Assembly: GCF_000007225.1 (NCBI RefSeq)
Contig: NC_003364.1
Coordinates: 690,001-722,000, forward strand
DNA length: 32,000 nucleotides
Origin: Pyrobaculum aerophilum str. IM2
GTDB lineage: Archaea; Thermoproteota; Thermoprotei; Thermoproteales; Thermoproteaceae
Reading direction: 5' to 3'
Shown piece by piece: positions 25,679 to 32,000 of this stretch. The stretch's first letter is position 1. Each line of letters starts with the position of its first letter. The notes under the pieces were generated by a model. That model was not told the DNA's origin and did no database searches. It saw only the letters and a list, made by a program, of their open reading frames with translations. The position numbers were made by a program, and so were the translations under genes.

Positions 25679-25852
25679 GTGGAAATTCCGCAGGAGATTT
25701 CCAACTACCTCGCAATTGAGAGGGATCAATGGGACGTGGAACATATTGTCTGCAGAAAATGCGGCAAGAAATTCTTCACTCTCAAAGACGCGGCGCTCCA
25801 CATATATCACATACACGGCGTAAAAATAGCGCATAAATACGCAGAAACTTAG
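25679..25852 (+). CDS. Small C2H2 zinc-finger protein (57 aa)
   Basis: CRKCGKKFFTLKDAALHIYHIH has the spacing C-x2-C-x12-H-x4-H. The in-frame GTG 25679 lies beyond the rnhB start, and the A/T box 25653..25664 is centred about 21-26 nt upstream. The first 46 codons of track ORF 25541..25852 are antisense to rnhB. Confidence 0.55.
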   Translation: MEIPQEISNYLAIERDQWDVEHIVCRKCGKKFFTLKDAALHIYHIHGVKIAHKYAET

Positions 25853-26328
25853 CCTCCCAGCGCCTTTTTTAAACGCGCCTCGACTTTTTCCTCCAGCCGC
25901 TTGAGCAGTGCCAACATCTCTTTTAAAACCTCGGCGTCGTTCCCCTCTATTTCGTCAAAAACCTCATCTATATACACAAGCTCATCTCTAACGGCGGCTA
26001 GTAAATCGCCCTCCCTACCGCCGCCTTCTAACATCTGTATTATACTGCGGAACTCCTCGTCGTCCATTAGCTTCGCCAAGTGCTCCTCCCCAGCCGCCGT
26101 TAGGGCGTATATCTTCTTCCTGCGCCTCCCCACGTAGCTCTCCCTCGCCTCTATTAACCCCTCCGCCTCCAGGTAAGACAGGAGCGGGTAAAGCGTGCCG
26201 GGCGACGGGACGAACTTGCCCGAGGTCAACCTGCTCAACTCTTTTAAAATCTCGTAGCCGCTGAGGGGCTTGGACTTCAAAAGGTAAAGCACTACGCCTT
26301 TAAACAGCCCCCTCCGCCTCTTAAACAT
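25849..26328 (-). CDS. PadR-family transcriptional regulator
   Basis: VVLYLLKSKPLSGYEILKELSRLTSGKFVPSPGTLYPLLSYLEAEGLIEA....GRRRKKIYALTAAGEEHL is the PadR winged-helix pattern. ATGTTTAA overlaps the nadE stop. Confidence 0.85.
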   Translation of the reverse strand: MFKRRRGLFKGVVLYLLKSKPLSGYEILKELSRLTSGKFVPSPGTLYPLLSYLEAEGLIEARESYVGRRRKKIYALTAAGEEHLAKLMDDEEFRSIIQMLEGGGREGDLLAAVRDELVYIDEVFDEIEGNDAEVLKEMLALLKRLEEKVEARLKKALGG

Positions 26329-27124
26329 TTCTCCTAGCCGGAGTTATATCTGGGTAGGCAGGCGGAGTCAGTTTGTGGATATTTTTCTTAACTCTTGTGA
26401 TGACTATATCTACTACCTCGCCGAAAAATCCCCTGACCTCCTCCGGCGGCTTTTTTAAATCAAAAACTGCGTACAAGACTTGGTCAATTACCTCATACGA
26501 CGCCCCCAGCTCTCCCTCCGCCGTGTGGCCTTGCCAGAGCCTTGGGCTGCTGGGCTTTTTAGCTATGTCTGCGAATCCCAGCCTAGCGGCCAGTTCCCTC
26601 ACTTGTAGTTTAAACAGCGAGCCTATGGGCAAGAAGTCAACGCCGCCATCTCCGTATTTCGTGAAATACCCCAGCAACAGCTCGCTCCTGTCCCCCGTGC
26701 CCATTACTAATAAATTGTACTTGTTCGCGTAGTAGTACAAGACGGTCATCCGTATCCGCGGTAGAATATTGCCGGCGGCCACTCGGTTCTCTTGTGAGAA
26801 GTCGGGCAGAGTTTTAACAAAGGCATCGTAAATTGGAGTTATGTCCACTCTCTTCCACTCCACGCCCAGGGCATTAATTACGTCAAGTGCGTCTTTTAAA
26901 TCCTCAGGCGGGGTGTATAAAGACGGCATTAACAGCCCCAGCACCCTCTGGCGTCCCAAGGCCTCAACTGCAAGCGCCGCGGCGACGGTTGAGTCGACTC
27001 CTCCACTAATCCCCACGACAACTCCGCGCGAGCCGGCGCGTTGCACGTACTGGGAGATAAAAGCGGTGATTATAGACCTCGCCTTTTCATAATCCAAGGC
27101 ATTAACCACGTCGTATACAAACAC
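26321..27124 (-). CDS. nadE: NH3-dependent NAD+ synthetase
   Basis: PP-loop GISGGVDSTV, followed by TGDRSELLLGYFTKYGDGG. The start is a GTG, with the A/T box 27142..27153 about 24 nt upstream. Confidence 0.9.
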   Translation of the reverse strand: MFVYDVVNALDYEKARSIITAFISQYVQRAGSRGVVVGISGGVDSTVAAALAVEALGRQRVLGLLMPSLYTPPEDLKDALDVINALGVEWKRVDITPIYDAFVKTLPDFSQENRVAAGNILPRIRMTVLYYYANKYNLLVMGTGDRSELLLGYFTKYGDGGVDFLPIGSLFKLQVRELAARLGFADIAKKPSSPRLWQGHTAEGELGASYEVIDQVLYAVFDLKKPPEEVRGFFGEVVDIVITRVKKNIHKLTPPAYPDITPARRNV

Positions 27125-27143
27125 TTGTGAGACAATAACTCGA

Positions 27144-28328
27144 CTATATAAGCTCTAGCGCTATGGCAGTGCCGCCGCCAGTGCCGTGGCACAGCGCCGC
27201 GATGCCCCTACGGCCTCCCTTATTCCGCAATACAGATATTAGCGTAGTGACGATCCTCGCCCCGGAGGCCCCCAAGGGGTGTCCAAGGGCGATAGCGCCG
27301 CCGAATACGTTTAGCTTTTCATACGGCACGCCGAGTATTCTGTGCACTAACACGTTTACAACGGCGAAGGCCTCATTGGCCTCGAAATAATCAAAGGAGT
27401 CTATTTCAGTGCCCAATTTTTTCAATAATTTCTGTATGGCGTATACAGGTGCCTCGGTGAAGCGCCAGGGCTCTACCATGTGCCAGCTGTAGCCTAATAT
27501 CCTGGCTATGGGCTTAACGCCCATCTCCCTCGCCTTCTCCTCAGACATTAACAACACCGCCGCGGCGCCGTCTGAAAGCTGGCTGGAATTGCCCGCGGTG
27601 AGAACGCCGTCGGGCCGGAAGGCGGGTTTTAACTTGGCCAGTTTTTCCATCGTCGTGTCGGGCCTTATCCCCTCGTCTCTTTCCAGTTTTACATAAACGC
27701 CGCCGAGCTCTCCCTCTATGGGCTCTAAATCGTCAAACCACTTATTTTCCGTCGCGCGCCACGCCCTCATGTGGCTCTCATATGCCACCCAGTCTAGCTC
27801 CTCTCTGGTCATTTTGTGCTCCCTAGCCACCATTTCAGCCTCCTCCCCCATTAATAGGCCGTTAGTCGGATCCACAAGGCCGTCGTATACCATTAAATCC
27901 CTCAACTCCTCCCTTCTTCCTATGAAATGCCTCAAGCCCCACCTAACGCCGTCGGGCAGGCAAATGGGCTGAGTGGACATGGAGTCCACGCCGCCGGCGA
28001 TGACCACAGAGGCGTCTCCCATTGCGATTTCCCGATACGCCTCTATTATGGCTTGCATGCCGGAAGAACACACTCTGTTCACAGTGTAGGCGCTGACCTC
28101 CACGGGCAGGCCCGCGAGTAACGCCGCGTATCTAGACAAATTCTGCCCCATCCCCCCTTGAAGCGTCGAGCCGAATATAACCTCCTCGACCTCTTTGCCG
28201 GAGAGGCCCACTCTATCTAGCAGTTTTCTTATAGTAAAAGCGGCTAGGTGCGGAGATTTAACGTCTTTTAGCGAGCCGCCGAATTTCCCAATGGGAGTCC
28301 TCACGTACCCCACTATAACGACGCCCAT
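27144..28328 (-). CDS. Acetyl-CoA C-acetyltransferase (thiolase)
   Basis: NRVCSSGMQAI (nucleophilic Cys), NEAFA, GGAIALGHPLGASGAR and CHGTGGGTAI. Confidence 0.9.
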   Translation of the reverse strand: MGVVIVGYVRTPIGKFGGSLKDVKSPHLAAFTIRKLLDRVGLSGKEVEEVIFGSTLQGGMGQNLSRYAALLAGLPVEVSAYTVNRVCSSGMQAIIEAYREIAMGDASVVIAGGVDSMSTQPICLPDGVRWGLRHFIGRREELRDLMVYDGLVDPTNGLLMGEEAEMVAREHKMTREELDWVAYESHMRAWRATENKWFDDLEPIEGELGGVYVKLERDEGIRPDTTMEKLAKLKPAFRPDGVLTAGNSSQLSDGAAAVLLMSEEKAREMGVKPIARILGYSWHMVEPWRFTEAPVYAIQKLLKKLGTEIDSFDYFEANEAFAVVNVLVHRILGVPYEKLNVFGGAIALGHPLGASGARIVTTLISVLRNKGGRRGIAALCHGTGGGTAIALELI

Positions 28329-28371
28329 GGCGCATACTTTTCAAGAATATATAAATTTCTTTTTAAAAACG

Positions 28372-29442
28372 CTATTTTATTCTCACCCCATTTTGAAAAA
28401 GCTTTACTCCCTCTTTTTTAAGAAACACCCTGGCGAGACTGCCCTCTTTCAGTTTATTATACATCACAGCCCTCACCTCAATCCTCTCCCACTTCACTAC
28501 CGCCACTGGGGTGAAGCCCAGGTACTCCACAAGCAAAACACGCCCCGGTTTGAGCTCTAAGTCCTCTGGGCTCAGGGGCTGGTCTGCGATGTATATATCC
28601 GTGGGGCGGATGCCCACTTGTAATTTGCCCTGGGGGGCTGGGATGGGGATTTTCAAGTCGCCGAGATCTACGTGGTCCCCCCTCCCCTCGCCCTCTAGTA
28701 TATTAATGGGCGGGTCGCCGAAGAACTGCGCGACAAATATATTGGCTGGGTTGTTCAACACCTCGTCGGTAGTGCTTATCTGTTGCACAACTCCGTTATT
28801 AATAACCATTAACCTATCGGCTAGGGCGTAGGCGTCGTGTTGGTCGTGCGTTACGAGTATTGTAGTTATTTTCAACCGCCGTTGCAGACTTTTAACAAAC
28901 TCCCTGGCCGAGATCCTCAGCCTGGCGTCGAGATTAGAAAATGGCTCGTCCATTAAAAGGACTTGGGGCTCTTTCACCAAGGCGCGGGCAATAGCTACTC
29001 TCTGCTGTTGCCCGCCTGAGAGCTGTCGGGGGTAGCGGTCTAGGAGATTTGAAATCTCCAGCGCCTCGGCCACTTCCTTTACTCTCCTCTCAATCTCGCT
29101 CTTAGGCAATTTCTTAATCTTCAGGGGGAAGGCGATGTTGTCGAACACCTTCATGTGGGGGTACAGAGCCCAGTTCTGAAAAACCATCCCGACGTTTCTC
29201 TTAGCCGGCGGGATGTTGATTCCCCTCTCCACGTCTATTACGGGAGCGTCCCCGAAGAGTATACGTCCTTTTGTCGGCGTCTCCAAGCCGGCGATACATC
29301 GAATAAACGTCGTCTTGCCGGAGCCAGAGGGGCCCAGCACTACTAAAAACTCCCCGTCTTTAATAGTCACGTTGACATCTCTCAACGCGTAGACATTTGG
29401 GGGGAAAACCTTTTCTAAGTTCTGAACTGTCACAGATACCAC
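28372..29442 (-). CDS. ABC importer ATP-binding protein, MalK/UgpC type
   Basis: GPSGSGKTT, LSGGQQQRVAIARAL, LLMDEPFSNLD and VTHD, plus a C-terminal regulatory/OB-like extension. The start is a GTG, with an A/T box within 29459..29476. Confidence 0.9.
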   Translation of the reverse strand: MVSVTVQNLEKVFPPNVYALRDVNVTIKDGEFLVVLGPSGSGKTTFIRCIAGLETPTKGRILFGDAPVIDVERGINIPPAKRNVGMVFQNWALYPHMKVFDNIAFPLKIKKLPKSEIERRVKEVAEALEISNLLDRYPRQLSGGQQQRVAIARALVKEPQVLLMDEPFSNLDARLRISAREFVKSLQRRLKITTILVTHDQHDAYALADRLMVINNGVVQQISTTDEVLNNPANIFVAQFFGDPPINILEGEGRGDHVDLGDLKIPIPAPQGKLQVGIRPTDIYIADQPLSPEDLELKPGRVLLVEYLGFTPVAVVKWERIEVRAVMYNKLKEGSLARVFLKKEGVKLFQNGVRIK

Positions 29443-29458
29443 GGGTTATTGCAACTAC

Positions 29459-29476
29459 GGTTTTTAAATCTTATAT
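29459..29476. promoter_or_regulatory. Shared A/T box between the divergent genes 29442(-) and 29499(+)
   Basis: In GGTTTTTAAATCTTATAT, the TTTTTAAAT part is about 23 nt from GTG 29442 on the minus strand. The CTTATAT part is about 26 nt from ATG 29499 on the plus strand. Confidence 0.45.
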
Positions 29477-29498
29477 GGCTTATGATTCATATTCTTTA

Positions 29499-30617
29499 AT
29501 GAAATGGCTTGATGACGTGCTTAAGGCGTCTCAACTAGTTAAGAAAAAAGGCTTTAAGGCCGTCACTCACGGCGGGGGGGCCCACGCAGACGACACGCTC
29601 GCCGCGGCGTTGTTGTGGCGAAGCGGCGCTGAGGCCGTGTATAGACTAAACACAGCTGAGGAGATTTTAAAAATAGAGGGAGACGTTGTGCTGTTCGACA
29701 TCGGCGACCAATTCCGGCTTCCCGATAGATACGTCGTGTTAGATCACCACGGAGTGTCCGACCCCGCAGAAGAGCCGTCGTCAGTTATCCAAGTCTCGCT
29801 GGCAGTGGGGGCGAGGTACGCCCCACTGGTCGCAACACTGATCCACTGGGTTGATTTATTTGACAGGTACGGGCCGGAGGCCAAAAGGTGGGCTGGGCCG
29901 TACGGCAATTCGTTAAACAACGGTGTGGTGAAGTATTTCGGCGAGTCAAACGGCCTGGTGAGAGACACAAAGTTTTTAGACCTACTCGCCGACGCCCTTT
30001 ATTCCAAACTGTCGCTGGACTTGGCGGCCTTCTCCGAGGCGTTTAAACTCGCGGAGAAGCTCTCCTTCTCTGACTTGGCTGAGAAATACCCGCGTACGTT
30101 TCAAACACTTCGCCTAATGCAAGCGGCGTCTAAGGACGTAATAACTGCCTCGACAAGCAAAGAGGCATACGAGACGGGCTTCGGCATTGACTTCGGCGCC
30201 TACGCCGTCTTGGCCGTGCCCGAGCTAGAACAGTACGTATTAAAAGGCCTTGAGAGACATTACGCAGACGCCAAGCGGGCAACGGAAATAGTATCCTCTC
30301 AGAGGTACAAACTAATCACTACCGGCGAGATAGCCGCCGTCGCCGTGGAGGAAAACGTGCCCCCAGCTCCTCTTTGGAACGCATTAATAGATGAAAAAGC
30401 GCTGAACGGGCCGGTTTTAATCGTCGTGAAAGACAGGAGAAACCCCGGAGCGTATACAGTTTGGAGGCCTGATCGTTATGCAAATATAATAGACTTCAGA
30501 AAAATAGGCGGGGACAGGGTCTTGTTTAAACACGTCACAGGCTTTATGGCCGTGGTGAGGGGGGAAAGCGCCGAGGAGGTAGCGGCGTATGTGCTGGAAC
30601 AACTAGATGTGGTCTGA
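29499..30617 (+). CDS. Putative MYG1/UPF0160-like metal-dependent hydrolase
   Basis: THGGGAHADDTLAAALL resembles the family N-terminal motif (THxGxFHxDE), and DIGD...VVLDHHGV resembles D.GG...DHHQ. The start is uncertain: ATG 29499, ATG 29475, or the track's GTG 29397. The last overlaps the divergent ABC gene. Confidence 0.45.
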   Translation: MKWLDDVLKASQLVKKKGFKAVTHGGGAHADDTLAAALLWRSGAEAVYRLNTAEEILKIEGDVVLFDIGDQFRLPDRYVVLDHHGVSDPAEEPSSVIQVSLAVGARYAPLVATLIHWVDLFDRYGPEAKRWAGPYGNSLNNGVVKYFGESNGLVRDTKFLDLLADALYSKLSLDLAAFSEAFKLAEKLSFSDLAEKYPRTFQTLRLMQAASKDVITASTSKEAYETGFGIDFGAYAVLAVPELEQYVLKGLERHYADAKRATEIVSSQRYKLITTGEIAAVAVEENVPPAPLWNALIDEKALNGPVLIVVKDRRNPGAYTVWRPDRYANIIDFRKIGGDRVLFKHVTGFMAVVRGESAEEVAAYVLEQLDVV

Positions 30618-31098
30618 AATCTTTAAGGACTTAGACGCCTTTGAGTTGGGAGAATCGGCGCTTGACGTAGGGGCGGGTTTCGGCAATACGACAAGGTATT
30701 TACTGGCGCGGGGGCTGAGGGTATGCGCAGTGGATATAGACCCGGGGGCTGTTGCGTATATAAAAAGTCTGTTCAAGGAATTTGTCAAGTCGGGGTTGTT
30801 AAAAGTCCTCCTAGCGCCGGCCGAGTCCCTGCCTTTTGCCGACGGGGAGTGCGACTCCGTAATCTCAGTTGCCGCTGTTCACCACTTTAGAGATATAGAG
30901 GTTGCTTTAAGGGAAATGGTGAGGGTGGCCAAGAGGCTTGTGGCTATTTATGACTGGACTCCGGAGGCAGGCGGCGTTACCAACCCCCACAGCCCCCAAG
31001 AGCTTGAGGCCAAGATGAGGGCGGCAGCTGACGCGGCTGTTAAGTTGGGATTTGATATAAAAATCACGAGGTATTGGTACAGGTTAGTAAAGTTTTAA
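30607..31098 (+). CDS. Small class I SAM-dependent methyltransferase
   Basis: Motif I ALDVGAGFGNTTRYLL, acidic motif II CAVDID, and later CDSVISVAAVHHF. There is an 11-nt overlap with the upstream gene. Confidence 0.7.
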   Translation: MWSEIFKDLDAFELGESALDVGAGFGNTTRYLLARGLRVCAVDIDPGAVAYIKSLFKEFVKSGLLKVLLAPAESLPFADGECDSVISVAAVHHFRDIEVALREMVRVAKRLVAIYDWTPEAGGVTNPHSPQELEAKMRAAADAAVKLGFDIKITRYWYRLVKF

Positions 31099-31120
31099 AT
31101 ACTGGCGCAGTGTCGTTTTT

Positions 31121-32000
31121 ATGCGCTTTGTAATGGCGGCGTTGTTACTGGCGGTAATCGTGCTCGCCGTCACGCCCATAAGGCTTCAAGTAGACGCCGT
31201 ATTAGTCTCGCCTATAAACACCACTAAAATAATTGACTATCTGGAAAGCGCCAAGAGGGCTATTTACGTAGAGGTTTACGTCTTCACTTATAAACCACTG
31301 GCAGATGCGCTAGTAGACGCCGCAAAACGCGGCGTAGACGTATACGTAGTGCTCTCGGCGAGGGTGTATGGGGGAGTCCCCCGGCAGGCAAAGGACTTGG
31401 CGCAGTATATGGAGAAAAACGGGGTGAGGGTGAAGTGGAACGACGACTTTCCCAACGTCCACACTAAGCTCTACGTAATAGACAACCAAACGGTAATTAT
31501 TGGAAACATCAACCCCACGGTATCTGGCTTTACTAGAAACAAGGGCGTGATGCTGGTAATACACAATTCAACGCTGGCGCGACAACTCGCCACAATTGTA
31601 CTAAACGACTTCCGCGGGAAGTACCCGCGCTACAATTACCCCGGGGTCTTGGTGTCGCCGGTAAACTCACAAGAGGGCTTAGAGTGGATCTTGACGTTGC
31701 CCGGAGATTTGTACATAGCCATGGAGCAGATATATCTGGACTCCGGCATGGTCCCGCTAATCCTCCAGCACCAGAGGTATTACGCCGTTGTGGCCAGAAC
31801 TAACGCGGATATAAACGTGGCTGTTGACGACGACATAGTGGCAAAGATCATAGTAGTGGGGGATTACGTATATGTGGGGTCGATAAACTTGGGCTACTAC
31901 TCAATTCAGAGGAATAGAGAAGTGGGGCTGTTAATACACAATCCAGAGCTAGCGGCGAGGCTCAGAGCGCTAATACTTCAGTGGTACACAGAGGCGGGGG
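31121..32000 (+). CDS. Phospholipase D / HKD-superfamily protein with an N-terminal hydrophobic anchor; 3'-partial
   Basis: Hand translation is open from ATG 31121 to the window end (MRFVMAALLLAVIVLAVTP...). HKD motif VHTKLYVIDNQTVIIGNINPT, plus a degenerate second copy AKIIVVGDYVYVGSINLG. The A/T box 31091..31102 is about 26 nt upstream. It is not in the ORF track because it has no stop in the window. Confidence 0.7.
   Translation, partial: MRFVMAALLLAVIVLAVTPIRLQVDAVLVSPINTTKIIDYLESAKRAIYVEVYVFTYKPLADALVDAAKRGVDVYVVLSARVYGGVPRQAKDLAQYMEKNGVRVKWNDDFPNVHTKLYVIDNQTVIIGNINPTVSGFTRNKGVMLVIHNSTLARQLATIVLNDFRGKYPRYNYPGVLVSPVNSQEGLEWILTLPGDLYIAMEQIYLDSGMVPLILQHQRYYAVVARTNADINVAVDDDIVAKIIVVGDYVYVGSINLGYYSIQRNREVGLLIHNPELAARLRALILQWYTEAG

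Noticed and set aside
31310-31564. An 84-aa minus-strand ORF.
   Set aside because: It is antisense to the PLD-family reading frame, which carries a clear HKD motif.
1-32000. CRISPR arrays, tRNA genes (T-loop GTTCRAATC, including intron-containing forms) and rRNA.
   Set aside because: I saw no regularly spaced short direct repeats and no T-loop or acceptor patterns on either strand. This was a visual scan only, so short or atypical RNAs could have been missed.

Overview
The window looks like chromosome from a hyperthermophilic crenarchaeon of the Pyrobaculum/Thermoproteus type. This is an inference from three things: gene content, A/T boxes centred about 23-27 nt upstream of most start codons (leaderless-mRNA geometry), and a repeat gene family that I recall, unverified, as PaREP2a/PaREP2b of P. 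aerophilum.

Ordinary genes I can support:
- rps5-rpl30
- an overlapping M50 protease-galK-galT cluster
- an S9 peptidase
- a two-gene ABC exporter
- speE-coaBC
- an HTH regulator
- an unknown ORF coupled to malQ (GH77)
- rnhB
- a hidden C2H2 zinc-finger mini-gene
- padR-nadE
- a thiolase
- an orphan MalK-type ATPase
- a MYG1-like hydrolase plus a small methyltransferase
- a partial PLD-family gene

The main non-housekeeping signal is a divergently arranged two-gene repeat unit: a large gene of about 1350 codons plus a small gene of about 280-306 codons. It occurs three times.
- Copy 1 (1..3822) carries a 939-codon minus-strand ORF that is missing from the supplied ORF track.
- Copy 2 (19484..24982) is in inverted orientation. 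Its large gene is split by a frame change, and its small genes lie head to tail.
- Copy 3 (9763..14341) keeps only the two outer 3' gene ends. Its core is replaced by other DNA, part of it a visibly AT-rich block carrying the ABC exporter.

No large-gene copy is intact in the window. Also flagged: recurring junction motifs, a mosaic identity pattern between copies, and a GC-rich ORF-free block at 17293..17512 that may be an ncRNA. I saw no tRNA, rRNA or CRISPR array.
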